DNA of 64,000 nt from an uncultured Holophaga sp. (GCA_963664825.1 OY761614.1:640001-704000), one strand, 5' to 3'; shown: positions 1-14,646, numbered from the stretch's first letter. Made by a program: numbers and translations. The notes: generated by a model not told the origin, from the letters alone.

Positions 1-945
1 CCAGGCATGGCGGGCCTTGAGGCTCTGGAAGGCAACCCCTTTGCGGGTGCTCTTGATGTGCAGTTCCACACCGAGCTTTTTCTGGAAATCCTCCAGGAGG
101 GAGACGGCGACCACGTAGTAGCGATCCCCGGCCTTCACCACCGCGTATTCCATATCCGGGTGCATGGCGATGGCGAGGTTGCTCGGCAGCGTCCAGGGCG
201 TGGTGGTCCAGATCGGCAAGTAGAGCGGCGTGGGAAGATCGAGGCGCTGAGCCTCGGCCTCCGGCACCGGAAAGGCCACGGTGATGGCGGGGCTGGTCCG
301 ATCGGCATATTCGACTTCGGCCTCGGCCAGGGCCGTGCGTGCACCGTAACTCCAATGCACGACCTTCAACTTGCGTCGCACCGCCCCGCTCTCGAAGAGC
401 TGGCCCAGCAGGCGCACCACCGTGGCCTCGTACTTGGGTTCCATGGTGACGTAGGGCTGATCCCAGGCGCCGAGCACACCCAGGCGCTGGAAACCCGTGC
501 GCTGGGTATCGACCCATTTGGCCGCATAGGCGCGACACTTGGAGAGGAACTCGCTCCGGGGCATCTCCCGGCGCTTGGGACCGAGATCCTTCTCGACGGC
601 ATGCTCGATGGGCAGGCCGTGGCAGTCCCATCCGGGAACGTAGGGAGACTCGTAGCCATCCAGCCAGAGCGATTTGACGACGATGTCCTTGAGAATCTTG
701 TTGAGGGCATGACCGATATGGATGGCGCCGTTCGCATAGGGCGGGCCATCATGCAGGATGCGCCGTCCCTTACCCCGGCCCGCGGCGTTATCCGCACGAC
801 GGTGGGCCTCGATGCGCTCGTAGAGTTTCTCGCCCTTCCAGCGTTCCAGGCGCTTCGGCTCCCGCTGAGGTAGGTCGGCCTTCATGGAAAATTCGGTCCG
901 GGGGAGAAAGACCGAATATTTCTTTTTCGCTGGAGCATCGCTCAT
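1..945 (-). CDS. ileS: Isoleucine--tRNA ligase, N-terminal part (runs off the window edge)
   Basis: Manual translation from ATG 945: MSDAPAKKKYSVFLPRTEFSMKADLPQREP...LHDGPPYANGAIHIGHALNKILKD...YVPGWDCHGLPIE. Class I HIGH motif and IleRS signatures. Absent from the ORF track because it has no stop in the window. Confidence 0.96.
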   Translation of the reverse strand, partial: MSDAPAKKKYSVFLPRTEFSMKADLPQREPKRLERWKGEKLYERIEAHRRADNAAGRGKGRRILHDGPPYANGAIHIGHALNKILKDIVVKSLWLDGYESPYVPGWDCHGLPIEHAVEKDLGPKRREMPRSEFLSKCRAYAAKWVDTQRTGFQRLGVLGAWDQPYVTMEPKYEATVVRLLGQLFESGAVRRKLKVVHWSYGARTALAEAEVEYADRTSPAITVAFPVPEAEAQRLDLPTPLYLPIWTTTPWTLPSNLAIAMHPDMEYAVVKAGDRYYVVAVSLLEDFQKKLGVELHIKSTRKGVAFQSLKARHAW

Positions 946-1070
946 GGCGCCCTCGTGCGCTGGGGGAATCCACCCAAGGACTCCGGATGTTGAGTTTCCA
1001 GAGTAGCCAAGGAAAGCGCCCTTGCGAAGGGCGAGGATCCATGGAGGGATTCCGTGGCACACTTTCCACC

Positions 1071-1835
1071 ATGGAATGGTTCGCCCGGGACTTCGATCAC
1101 CCGCTCTACTTCAAGATCTATCGAGACAAGGAGCAGGAAGCGATCGAGGAAGGGCCAGCGCTCACGGCCCTGCTAAATCTGCCCGCGGATAGCATCGTGC
1201 TGGATCTCCCCTGCGGCTGGGGGCGCCTCCAGCCGGCATTGGAAGCCAAAGGATTGCGTGTCATCGGAGGCGATCTCAGCGCCCTCAATCTCGCGCGACA
1301 CGCCGCCGAATACCCTGGCGCCCTCGTCCGGCTGGATCTACGCGCCCTTCCCTTTCGCCCAGGCTGCGCCGATGGCATCTTCTGCGCGTTCACCAGCTGG
1401 GGCTATTTCGCCACCGAGGCCGAGAATCTCCGCCAGTTGACAGAATTCGCTCGGGTATTGAAACCAGGGGGTGTGCTGCTGCTGGATTTGACCGGGCGCG
1501 ACTACCTTGAGATGTGCGTCACCAAAGCCAAAAGCGCCTGGTTCAGGGCCGAGGAGGGCTACCGCGAGCGCGTGCAGTGGAGCCCGGATCGACGGCGCAT
1601 CCTGACGGACCGGATCATGGAGGGAGAGCGCTTCAGGCACGATATCTGGATCCCGACAGCGCGCGAGGTCACGGATTCACTTGAGCGCACAGGCTTCAAG
1701 CTGGACCGGGTCTTCGGGGATCTGGAAGGGGGCCCCTTCAGCCCAGAATCGGAACGCTGGATCTATCGGGCGATCAGAACTGGATGCCCCGGGTGGCCCC
1801 CAGGTAAGCCGCAAAACCCACCCCCAAGAGGCTAA
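1071..1835 (+). CDS. Class I SAM-dependent methyltransferase
   Basis: VLDLPCGWGR motif I, GGDLS, FTSWGYF, RVLKPGGVLLLD. Start placed at MEWF. Confidence 0.88.
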   Translation: MEWFARDFDHPLYFKIYRDKEQEAIEEGPALTALLNLPADSIVLDLPCGWGRLQPALEAKGLRVIGGDLSALNLARHAAEYPGALVRLDLRALPFRPGCADGIFCAFTSWGYFATEAENLRQLTEFARVLKPGGVLLLDLTGRDYLEMCVTKAKSAWFRAEEGYRERVQWSPDRRRILTDRIMEGERFRHDIWIPTAREVTDSLERTGFKLDRVFGDLEGGPFSPESERWIYRAIRTGCPGWPPGKPQNPPPRG

Positions 1836-2928
1836 AGGCCCAACGCGGTCCAAGGGCGTCGATGAAAATCCCGCCCACCATCGGTCCCAGGATCATCCCC
1901 AGAGAATAGGTGAGATTCAGGATCGAGAAACCGGACGCGAAGCCTTGGCTTCCCATGCGCTCCACCTGGTCGGCCACCGCAGGACTACAGGGTGTGACAA
2001 TAAAGCTCAGGTTGAGGCCAAGAGCCGCCATGGCCAGCGCCACGGCCCAGGGTTCCTTCAGGAAAACAGGCAGCGGGAGGAGGACCAAGGCCAACACCAA
2101 CCCCGTGCGCAGCACCTTGACCCGGCCGATGCGATCGGAGACCCGCCCCATCCAGGGACTGCTCAGGGCATGGGCAAGGGCCGCGGCGCCGAAGAGGAAC
2201 CCGATGCCTCGGGGGCCGAGGCCCAAACGCCTGGAAAAATTCAAGGGCAGGGCGGATTCCATCAGGGTCCAAAAGGCGGCCCCGAGGGCCGTAGCTCCGG
2301 CGAAGACCAGCACCACGCGATTGCGTAGCAACACGCTCCAGGGAATGGGGGGCTCCAGCAGAGGCGGGGTTTCCCGGAGCAGGAAACCCCGCCCCAGGGC
2401 GTCTACCACCACCAGGGCGATCCCGAGATGGAAGGGCGCTTGAGGCCCCAGGTAGTGGTCCAGGAATCCCGCCAGAGGCGGTCCCAGGAGGAGCCCCAGA
2501 TTGGCTCCGGCAAAGACGATCCCCATGGCCCGCCCTCGTTCCTCCCGGGGGAAGTGATCGGCGACGAGGGCCATGCCGGGCACCCAGGTGGCGGCTCCGG
2601 CCACTCCCTGCAGGGCCCGAGCGATGAGGAGCACCCAATACGTGCGGCAATAGGCGAAGGCCAGCGTCGTGAAGGCCAGCCCCAACAACCCCCACAGCAT
2701 GGGCGCCTTACAGCCCCAGCGATCCGTGAGCCTGGCGATGGGCAAGGTGGCCAGGAGCAAGGCCAGCGCATAGCTCCAAAACAGCACACCGACCTGGGAC
2801 TGACTCAAATGCAGTTCCCGGGCATACCGGGGCAGAAGGGGCACCAAGAGTCCGTAGAGGAGGGTGTCCACATGGAAGGCCAAGGCCGTCACAAAAAGGA
2901 CCACATGCCGGGGATTGGGTCGTCGCAT
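1774..2928 (-). CDS. MFS transporter
   Basis: About 12 hydrophobic segments; MFS motif A twice (ARLTDRWGCK, GRVSDRIGRV); ARALQG motif B. Confidence 0.92.
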   Translation of the reverse strand: MRRPNPRHVVLFVTALAFHVDTLLYGLLVPLLPRYARELHLSQSQVGVLFWSYALALLLATLPIARLTDRWGCKAPMLWGLLGLAFTTLAFAYCRTYWVLLIARALQGVAGAATWVPGMALVADHFPREERGRAMGIVFAGANLGLLLGPPLAGFLDHYLGPQAPFHLGIALVVVDALGRGFLLRETPPLLEPPIPWSVLLRNRVVLVFAGATALGAAFWTLMESALPLNFSRRLGLGPRGIGFLFGAAALAHALSSPWMGRVSDRIGRVKVLRTGLVLALVLLPLPVFLKEPWAVALAMAALGLNLSFIVTPCSPAVADQVERMGSQGFASGFSILNLTYSLGMILGPMVGGIFIDALGPRWAFSLLGVGFAAYLGATRGIQF

Positions 2929-2970
2929 GGCTCCAGGTTAAGGGAAGGACCTCGTTTCGCCTAAACCAGC

Positions 2971-2992
2971 ACGGCCCCCTTTCGGGGGCCGC
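2971..2992 (-). terminator. Hairpin downstream of rnpB
   Basis: GCGGCCCCC-GAAA-GGGGGCCGT on the minus strand; weak U tract. Confidence 0.5.
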
Positions 2993-3352
2993 GGTGGACC
3001 GGTAAGCCGGATTCTGTCGTGTGACGCCATTCCTCTGGGATTCCCATCACTGGAAACCTCAAGCAACCTACCCGCCGACTCGATCGGGCCAATCCTCGCT
3101 TCTTTCGAAGTACGTCGGCCTATTTGGTCTTGCTCCGTGGGGGGTTTACCATGCCCGTCCTGTTGCCAGTCCGGCGGTGGGCTCTTACCCCACCGTTTCA
3201 CCCTTACCTGATCCCCCGAAGGGGCCATCGGCGGTCTGTTCTCTGTTGCACTATCCGTCGGGTCGCCCCGCCCAGGTGTTACCTGGCCCACTGCCCTGCG
3301 GAGTCCGGACTTTCCTCTAGGGTTTCCCCTAGCGGCGCCCTGGTCCACATCT
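2992..3352 (-). ncRNA. rnpB: RNase P RNA (bacterial class A)
   Basis: Minus strand has GAGGAAAGTCCGG, GGGTAAGAGCCCACC and ACAGAATCCGGCTTAC conserved motifs; P1 pairing GTGGACC/GGTCCAC. Ends approximate. Confidence 0.96.
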
Positions 3353-3371
3353 CTAGCTTATACGCAAATGC

Positions 3372-3410
3372 AGGAACGCCCCCAATCTCGTGAGAGGGAT
3401 GGGGGCGTTC
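3372..3410 (-). terminator. Hairpin after 5S rRNA (putative rrn terminator)
   Basis: GAACGCCCCC...GGGGGCGTTC inverted repeat followed by TGCATTTG. Confidence 0.6.
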
Positions 3411-3420
3411 TAGAAATTAA

Positions 3421-3536
3421 CGTCGCGGCGACCTACTTTTCCACGCTTAAAAACGCAGTATCATCGGCCCTCTGGAGCTTAACTGCCGTGTTCGGAATGG
3501 GAACGGGTGTGACCTCCAGGGTATAGCCACGACGAA
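3421..3536 (-). rRNA. rrf: 5S rRNA
   Basis: CACACCCGTTCCCATTCCGAACACGGCAGTTAAG and GGCCGATGATACTG motifs; terminal helix CGTCGTGG/CCGCGACG. Confidence 0.97.
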
Positions 3537-3665
3537 GGGTTGGAAGGGTTTTACAAGGCTGGCGTCTCTGGGGACGCGGACAGTCGGGGTGCTCACCGTG
3601 CTGTCCGGGGATTTCGGTCGCTTCGCATTATCCGAAATGCCCACTTCTATGTAATTGATTGATGA

Positions 3666-6604
<2,939 letters not shown>

Positions 6605-6838
6605 TTCCATCAATGAATTACATCGATCGAAAATCCCTTTCAGAGTCTTGATTTCGGGAAACGCTCTCGCGCTTCCACAACTTGCCTCGCCTTAAGCCCA
6701 CCATGCCCTTAAGCACGATGGATCACCCTTCCATTCCACTCTATTCATCTGTCAAAGAATTTTACTCGTCAGTCCTTGAACTGAATTCAACAGCCATCGC
6801 TGTTCACTTCAATCCAATAACTTCGTTACTCTGAAAAC

Positions 6839-6916
<78 letters not shown>

Positions 6917-6939
6917 TCGTTTCACTCGGGAGGCTTCCG

Positions 6940-7015
6940 TGGTGGACCCGACCGGGTTCGAACCGACGACCTCCTGGATGCAAACCAGGCGCTCTCCCAG
7001 CTGAGCTACGGGCCC
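6940..7015 (-). tRNA. tRNA-Ala(TGC)
   Basis: GGGCCCGTAGCTCAG...CCTGGTT-TGC-ATCCAGG...CGGGTCCACCA; G3:U70 identity pair present. Confidence 0.97.
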
Positions 7016-7205
7016 TCACGACTACGTGGATCTCGCCGCAGGCTCCTCTGGAACCTACGAAGTGGGGACCCACTCGACCCCTTGCACTCGCACCAAAGAA
7101 CCTCGCAACTCCGAGGCATCTTTGAAAGCCGGATAGATCATTGGGCCTTTTCAGACCCAGCGAATGGAAACGTTGACCTTACGTCACTCCGTAGAGTGAC
7201 TCTCC

Positions 7206-8752
<1,547 letters not shown>

Positions 8753-8860
8753 ATCTCTTAAGCTCTCGACCGATTCCTCGATCGCGCTAGTGTTTTTATT
8801 GGTCTCCCGCTCACCCGAAGGCTCGCGAGAAGCTCAAAGGCTTCCATTCTTCTCTATCCG

Positions 8861-8872
8861 GCTGTCAAAGAC
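8861..8872 (-). promoter_or_regulatory. rrn leader boxA-like / processing-stem element
   Basis: TCTTTGACAG occurs in the leader and again in the spacer before 23S (about 6749-6760). Its near-complement GGCTTTCAAAGA follows the 16S (about 7119-7130). Confidence 0.6.
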
Positions 8873-8987
8873 GCCCTGAGTCACTTCAACCAAAAACCCT
8901 CGAGTCCCTGATTGCTCTGGATCAGCCACCGTTCCCGGACTGCCAACCCCTCGTGTTCCCGGCACCCCTTAACTGCGCCGGACAACC

Positions 8988-9026
8988 AGAATATCATTCT
9001 CCAAAAGCCAGGCAAGAACTTTTTTT
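8988..9026 (-). promoter_or_regulatory. sigma70-type rrn promoter with A-tract UP element
   Basis: AAAAAAA GTTC TTGCCT-N16-TATTCT, with TG just upstream of the -10. Confidence 0.65.
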
Positions 9027-9175
9027 GGCCCCTGTGTCACCAAAGCCGGGAATCCCTTGTGGCTATTGGGAAACTTTTTGGTGCCACCCTCGCCCACCCC
9101 TCCAGCGCTGCCGCCGAACCGGCATGAGAGAATCCATCCACCGCCTGGCTCCCGGGCATAGAAGAGGAAGAGAAC

Positions 9176-10525
9176 GTGGATATTGCCGTGATCGGTGCAG
9201 GGCTCGCAGGGGCGGAAGCCGCCTGGCAACTCGCGGAGCGCGGCTATCGTGTCCATCTCCATGAGATGCGTCCGGAATGCTCTAGCCCGGCCCACACGAC
9301 GGGGCTGGCTGCCGAGATGGTCTGCTCCAATTCCTTCAAGAGCGATGATCCAAATAGCGCCACGGGAATCCTGAAATCCGAAATGCGGAGACTCAGTTCA
9401 CTGGTGCTGCGAACGGCCGAGCAGTGTCGGGTTCCCGCAGGAAATAGCCTGGCGGTGGATCGCAGTGCCTTTTCCGAAGCCATCACGCTGGCCTTACGAA
9501 GCCACCCACGGATCCATTGGATGGGCCACCTGGTGGAAGAGCCTGATCCGAGTATCCCAACCATCCTGGCCACCGGCCCCCTGACTGCGGATCCTCTCGC
9601 AGGCTGGCTTTCTCGCGAGATGACCGGCGACAGGCTTTTCTTCTACGATGCCATCGCACCCATCGTGGATTCCGATTCCATCGACCTGAATGTGGCCTTC
9701 AAGGCCTCCCGATACGGAAAGGGAGGGGCGGATTTCCTCAACTGTCCCATGGATGCCCAACAGTATTCGCGTTTCGTGGAGGCCCTGCTGGCAGCGCCGA
9801 GGACCGAATTGCACGATATCGATACGCCCTACTTCGAAGCCTGTCTTCCCATTGAGGTGATGGCCGACCGCGGCCGCGAGACCCTCCGGCATGGCCCCAT
9901 GAAACCCGTGGGTCTCGATGACCCCCGCACGGGGCGCTGGCCTCATGCCGTGGTGCAGCTCCGCCAGGACACCCTTGCGGGCGACCACTACAACTTGGTC
10001 GGCTTTCAGACCCGCCTCAAATGGGGAGCTCAACAGGAGGTCTTCCGCCTCATCCCAGGCCTTGAGGGAGCCACCTTCGCCCGTTTCGGCAGCATCCATC
10101 GGAATACCTATGTCCAGGCTCCCTGCGTTCTCGATGCGACACTCGCTGTCAAGCATCGGACCAACCTCTGGATCGCGGGTCAACTGAGCGGGGTCGAGGG
10201 CTATCTCGAATCCGCCGCCGCAGGACTGGCGGCAGGCATGGCCGTGGATCGCCATCAGCGGGAACTTTCCGTCATTCCCTTCCCGCTGGAGACCATGTTC
10301 GGAGCTCTCTTTGGCTATCTGGCCCACGCCAACGCCAAGGACTTCTGCCCCACCAACGCCATGCTCGGCCTCCTTCCGCCATTCCCAGAGGGTCAGATCG
10401 ATCATAGGGCTCTCAAGCGTGCCGGCGGCATGAAGGCTCTCAAGGCCGCCAAGGGCGCCGCCCACCGGGTCCGAGCCACAGCCGCCATGGAGGCCCATCT
10501 CTCAATCATTGGAGAAGCCCCTTGA
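9176..10525 (+). CDS. trmFO: Methylenetetrahydrofolate--tRNA-(uracil-54) methyltransferase TrmFO
   Basis: GAGLAGAEAAW, EMVCSNSF, FYDAIAPIV, YFEACLPIE, GPMKPVGL, GQLSGVEGY. Confidence 0.97.
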   Translation: MDIAVIGAGLAGAEAAWQLAERGYRVHLHEMRPECSSPAHTTGLAAEMVCSNSFKSDDPNSATGILKSEMRRLSSLVLRTAEQCRVPAGNSLAVDRSAFSEAITLALRSHPRIHWMGHLVEEPDPSIPTILATGPLTADPLAGWLSREMTGDRLFFYDAIAPIVDSDSIDLNVAFKASRYGKGGADFLNCPMDAQQYSRFVEALLAAPRTELHDIDTPYFEACLPIEVMADRGRETLRHGPMKPVGLDDPRTGRWPHAVVQLRQDTLAGDHYNLVGFQTRLKWGAQQEVFRLIPGLEGATFARFGSIHRNTYVQAPCVLDATLAVKHRTNLWIAGQLSGVEGYLESAAAGLAAGMAVDRHQRELSVIPFPLETMFGALFGYLAHANAKDFCPTNAMLGLLPPFPEGQIDHRALKRAGGMKALKAAKGAAHRVRATAAMEAHLSIIGEAP

Positions 10526-11880
10526 AGAAGATCCTGATCCCTGCCCTGTTCCTTTCGGCCCTCCTAGCCGGGGGTCTCTGGTTTCTGGTGAGACGCGGCC
10601 CCACAGGGGGGCCTCCCCCGGAGACCTCCGTGACTTTCAAAATCGAGGTCTACGGCCCCGGCACCCTCCTGCACTACGCGGATGGCCAAACGCCCTTGAG
10701 GGCGCTGCGGTGGCTGGCCCCCTTACCTGGAGGCATCCAGGCCGTGCAGGTCCTGACCCAGAGTGATCGTCAACGGTTGGTGCTGTTCCAAAACGGAGCC
10801 ATGATCGCCAACCTCCTGGTTCCTCGCCCGACCGGCGTGCGGGAGGGTTTCTTCAACTTTGCCGAACTCCGCGAAGCCATTGTGTTGCCGGGAGATGTGG
10901 CGGTTCTGCTCTACCGATCGACCGATGCATCTTCTGGCGAGATGCCCCTGGTCATCGCCATGGACCTCGCCACCCAGGCCACCCGCTGGGTGCATCGCGC
11001 CCCTGGCGAGCACTTCGCCCTGGGCCGAGATGCCAATAGCGGCTGCGTGTTTCTGTTCGGGCCCACAGCCATCCTGCGCCTGCCTCTGGCCCTCCAGAAG
11101 GGCGAACGGATCGGCGAGATGCCCTTCCGGGTGGGCCTCAAACCGATAGAACTGCCCGAAGAGATCAAGACCCCTTCCGATCTGCTGCCCACAGGTCCCT
11201 GGAGCTTCCTCCTGGCCCACGGGGGAGGCCTCTCCTCCTATTCCGAAAACAGAGGTTGGAAGCACTGGCCAACGCCCTCGGAGGCTCCCCTCATCTTCCC
11301 TGACTCCCACCCCACCCTCGCCCAAGCCAAGGGATACTGGTGGCAGCCCTTCCCTGGAAGAATTCTCCAGATCAAGGCCGATGGCACCCCTGTGGCCTCT
11401 TTCGATGCCACGACGCTGGCACCCGCCGAACCCTGGTCGAGGGATGGAGCCCTCCTCAGGCTCCGAGGAGCCGATCCCTCCGGAAATCTCTGGTTCTCCC
11501 TGGCGGTGCCTGCTTCGCCCTCCTCCCTTGCGACCCCCGAGGATCCCGCCGCAGGTTCGGAACCCCCAGAAAAAGCATGGAAGCCTGAAGAGACGAGGAC
11601 CACCCCCCCCCAGGATGACTGGAACACCTATTGCTCCCAGGGACTCGAGCGCCTTTATCGTTGGAATCCCGGGCACCACACGCTCCAGGGGAGGGGTTTG
11701 GCGGAGCTATGGGGCGCCCTGGCCCTTCCTCCAGGCATCAATCGCCCTGCCGGGCTCCAGGATTTCCGTCCTGAATCGGGATGGTTCCTCATGGAATCCG
11801 GGCCCATCGTGTGGCTCCTGCCCCTGGAGGCCCTGCCCCTGGGTGCCGCGACTCCCACCCACAGGGGTCAAGTCAGATAG
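10522..11880 (+). CDS. Hypothetical exported or membrane-anchored protein
   Basis: TTGA overlap with trmFO; MKK plus hydrophobic N-terminus; 452 aa with no recognised domain. Confidence 0.75.
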   Translation: MKKILIPALFLSALLAGGLWFLVRRGPTGGPPPETSVTFKIEVYGPGTLLHYADGQTPLRALRWLAPLPGGIQAVQVLTQSDRQRLVLFQNGAMIANLLVPRPTGVREGFFNFAELREAIVLPGDVAVLLYRSTDASSGEMPLVIAMDLATQATRWVHRAPGEHFALGRDANSGCVFLFGPTAILRLPLALQKGERIGEMPFRVGLKPIELPEEIKTPSDLLPTGPWSFLLAHGGGLSSYSENRGWKHWPTPSEAPLIFPDSHPTLAQAKGYWWQPFPGRILQIKADGTPVASFDATTLAPAEPWSRDGALLRLRGADPSGNLWFSLAVPASPSSLATPEDPAAGSEPPEKAWKPEETRTTPPQDDWNTYCSQGLERLYRWNPGHHTLQGRGLAELWGALALPPGINRPAGLQDFRPESGWFLMESGPIVWLLPLEALPLGAATPTHRGQVR

Positions 11881-12776
11881 TCGAACAGGTTCTGCGCGTT
11901 CGATTTTCCAATCATTGCCAGCGTGGCCTGCTGGGCGATGCCCTGGCTCTCGTAGTCCGAAGCGGCCTGGGCGTAGTCCACAGACGCATAGGTGTTCTGG
12001 ATGGACTGAAGGCTCGTCGTGAAGTCCCCGAGGGTCGTTTTCATCTGATCGAGGGTGGACTGTCGGCCGCCGATCTCCGCGAGGTTGGTCTGAAGCCCCG
12101 AGAAGGCCATTTTCAGATTATCCATGGCCGTCTGGATCCCGGCACTGTTGTTGGCCGTCAGGGCCGCACTGAGATCCGTCACCTGCTTGAAGACATCCGT
12201 GGCGGAGCCTTGGCCACCGGAGCCGTAAAACACCGTATTCCCCGGAAGGTTCGTCCCCACCGACGCGCTCACTGAGACATCGAGAGATATGGTCGCGCTG
12301 TTGCCGTTGTAGTTCGCTCCCGTGGCTGTCTGGGTGAAAGGCGCCGTGGTCGTGTTGCTGCCCCCGAACAGGTACTTCCCCTGCTGTTGAGTATTAGCCA
12401 CCGAGAGAAGGCTCGTGAGAATGCCATTGATCTCCGGCACCATCTGCAGGCGGTCGCCGGCGGTGGCCGAGGTGCTCTCGGCCGTCGGGGCGAGTTCCAA
12501 GAGCCTTGTGAGGGAGGTATTCACGGAATCCAGTGCGGTCTCCGTTTCCGTCAGGTAGGAGGCCGCGGAATCGATCTGTTTGACGAACTGCTTGTTCCGC
12601 CCGATAGAGGTCTGGAAGTCCACGATGAGCGCCGCACCCGTCGGGTCCTGTCCAAGTCTTACAATCCGGTTGCCCGTGGTCAGCTGCTCCTGAAGAATGG
12701 CGCGGCTCTCCTTGATGCGCCGAAGGCTGAGCGTCAGCGTTGCATTACTGGATGGGTTCGGGGTCCGAAGCGTCAT
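11868..12776 (-). CDS. flgL: Flagellar hook-associated protein 3
   Basis: Flagellin-like N-terminus (QLTTGNRI..QDP), ANTQQQGKYLFGG, C-terminal NLFDYL; follows flgK. Confidence 0.9.
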   Translation of the reverse strand: MTLRTPNPSSNATLTLSLRRIKESRAILQEQLTTGNRIVRLGQDPTGAALIVDFQTSIGRNKQFVKQIDSAASYLTETETALDSVNTSLTRLLELAPTAESTSATAGDRLQMVPEINGILTSLLSVANTQQQGKYLFGGSNTTTAPFTQTATGANYNGNSATISLDVSVSASVGTNLPGNTVFYGSGGQGSATDVFKQVTDLSAALTANNSAGIQTAMDNLKMAFSGLQTNLAEIGGRQSTLDQMKTTLGDFTTSLQSIQNTYASVDYAQAASDYESQGIAQQATLAMIGKSNAQNLFDYLT

Positions 12777-12796
12777 CGCCTACCTCCTGTCGACCA

Positions 12797-14275
12797 CTAG
12801 CCGAAGTTGTTCACCAATTTATCCATCAGATCATTGATCACGCTGATGAAGTGCGCACTGGCCTGATAGCCCCGCTGAAAGGCCAACATCGTGGTGGCTT
12901 CCTCGTCCAGATCGACCGCGGATACCCGGTCCCGCTGGGTCTGAAGCGCCGTAAGAAGATTTTCGCTGCCGGTGCTGCTCGCTTCATAGCCCTGGGCATC
13001 GGTGCCGAGGGTATTCACAAGGCTGCCGATGACCGTGCTGAAGGGACCCGCATCGCCGACACCATCCCCATCCGTGTCAACGGTATCGGAGGTCGTCTGA
13101 AGGGCTGCGAGTTTCTTCGCATTGGTATTGTCGCCTGCCGCCCCAGTGACGCCTGCGGCAGCGATGAGCCCCGGGTTCGAGACAACGGCCGCATTGACGG
13201 TGAGGGCGTTGACCATGCCCTGGTAGTGATTGGCAGCCGTAACGGTAGTAGGGAGACCATCGGCCCCATTCGCGGTCGTGCCCAGGAAGAAATCCGTGCC
13301 CGTGGTCGTCCCGTCCAGCGCATAACCCGCACGATTGAGCAGGTTCACCTGCCCGGAGATGCCGGCTGCCAGTTCGTCCAGCTTCTGTTGGTAGCCCGCC
13401 AGCACGTTGTCCCTGAGATCTAGGTTGGCTCCTAGAGAGCCCTCCTTCACCGCCTTGGTCACATCGACCGGGGTCCCGGAGCCGAGGGCGACCGTCACGG
13501 AATTGAAGCCAGAGGCCGCATTCGGTGTCGCCGACATCGTACTAGCCGTGCCCCCATTCACGAGCACCGCCGCACCACTGTCCAGCGTGATCTGGAGCTG
13601 GTCGTGGCTGTCCTCGAAGACCTGAACGCCGACCAATTCGGCCAACTGGTTGGCCAAGCCCTGGCGTTGATCACGCGCATCCGAATCAGAGCCCTCGCTT
13701 GTCTCTGAAGCGATCCGGTTATTCAGCTTCGCGATCTGGGCAGTGATCGTGTTGACCTCGGTGACGATGCTGCCGATATTGTGATCGGCCTGTGTGCGCT
13801 GCTCGGAGAGCAGTTCGTAGTGGCTCTTGATCCCGTTGACCAGGCTCTGGGCTTTCCCGATCACGCCGGTGCGCACGGATCCATCTTCAGGTTTGGAGGA
13901 AAGCAGCTGGAAGCTTGCAAAGAAGTTCTGCGTCAAGGTTCCGAGGTCCGCATCACCACCATCCTCCGTGAAAACCGAGGAGACGGCCTCCAGGCTCGTG
14001 TATCGCACATCCGCCCCGCTCTTCATGGAAGTGTTCTGGGTGATCTGCATATCCAGGTAGCGGTTCCGTACTCCGATGATATTGGTCACGGTCACGCCCG
14101 TACCGTATTGCATGGTCCCAAAGGCCTGGGACGCGTTGCTCGACAGAACAGCCTGTTGGCGGCTGTAGTTGGGCGTGTTTACGTTCGCAATATTGTGGCC
14201 AACGACATTCAGGGCAGCCTGACTGGCCTGGAGGCCGGAGAGGCCGATATTGAGGCTCGCGTTCAGACCGGGCAT
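12797..14275 (-). CDS. flgK: Flagellar hook-associated protein 1
   Basis: GLSGLQASQAALNVVGHNIANVNTPNYSRQ; C-terminal VSAVDLDEE...FQRGYQASA. Confidence 0.96.
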   Translation of the reverse strand: MPGLNASLNIGLSGLQASQAALNVVGHNIANVNTPNYSRQQAVLSSNASQAFGTMQYGTGVTVTNIIGVRNRYLDMQITQNTSMKSGADVRYTSLEAVSSVFTEDGGDADLGTLTQNFFASFQLLSSKPEDGSVRTGVIGKAQSLVNGIKSHYELLSEQRTQADHNIGSIVTEVNTITAQIAKLNNRIASETSEGSDSDARDQRQGLANQLAELVGVQVFEDSHDQLQITLDSGAAVLVNGGTASTMSATPNAASGFNSVTVALGSGTPVDVTKAVKEGSLGANLDLRDNVLAGYQQKLDELAAGISGQVNLLNRAGYALDGTTTGTDFFLGTTANGADGLPTTVTAANHYQGMVNALTVNAAVVSNPGLIAAAGVTGAAGDNTNAKKLAALQTTSDTVDTDGDGVGDAGPFSTVIGSLVNTLGTDAQGYEASSTGSENLLTALQTQRDRVSAVDLDEEATTMLAFQRGYQASAHFISVINDLMDKLVNNFG

Positions 14276-14284
14276 GACCGGCTC

Positions 14285-14581
14285 CTACACATGTTCAGAA
14301 AAACGCAGCGACAGGGAAGTGGGAAGGGATACGGTACCTCGGGCCCCGTATCCGGAGGACTCGGAAAAGACTCGCAGGGCCGCCTGTACAGGTGCCTGCA
14401 GACCGTTGACGAGGCTATGGATGGAAGAAAGGCGCCGGTTCATCCGCTGGGCCTCAGTCAAATCCTTGGGCCACCCTCCCAGATCGGGCCACCGCACCGA
14501 ACCGAGAAGCGGCAGGGGATCCTCACCCGCGATAAGACGCCGCTCCAGATCGTCCAGCAAAGCGGGCAGCGAGTGCAGCAT
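14285..14581 (-). CDS. Hypothetical protein at the usual flgN position
   Basis: GGAGG RBS; helical; ends 9 bp before flgK; C-terminal tyrosine segment (SGYGARG) resembles FlgN tails. Confidence 0.6.
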   Translation of the reverse strand: MLHSLPALLDDLERRLIAGEDPLPLLGSVRWPDLGGWPKDLTEAQRMNRRLSSIHSLVNGLQAPVQAALRVFSESSGYGARGTVSLPTSLSLRFSEHV

Positions 14582-14646
14582 GAATCACCTCCAAGGGTTT
14601 CATGCGCAAGGCCTATACCATTCTCAAAGAAGGCGTCGAAAGGTCC

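Noticed and set aside
946..1070. T-box riboswitch upstream of ileS
   Set aside because: The gap is short and has no GGTGGNACC T-box motif.
1774..1835. 62-bp convergent overlap of the methyltransferase and MFS genes
   Set aside because: Common in high-GC genomes through stop-codon drift; no other signal.
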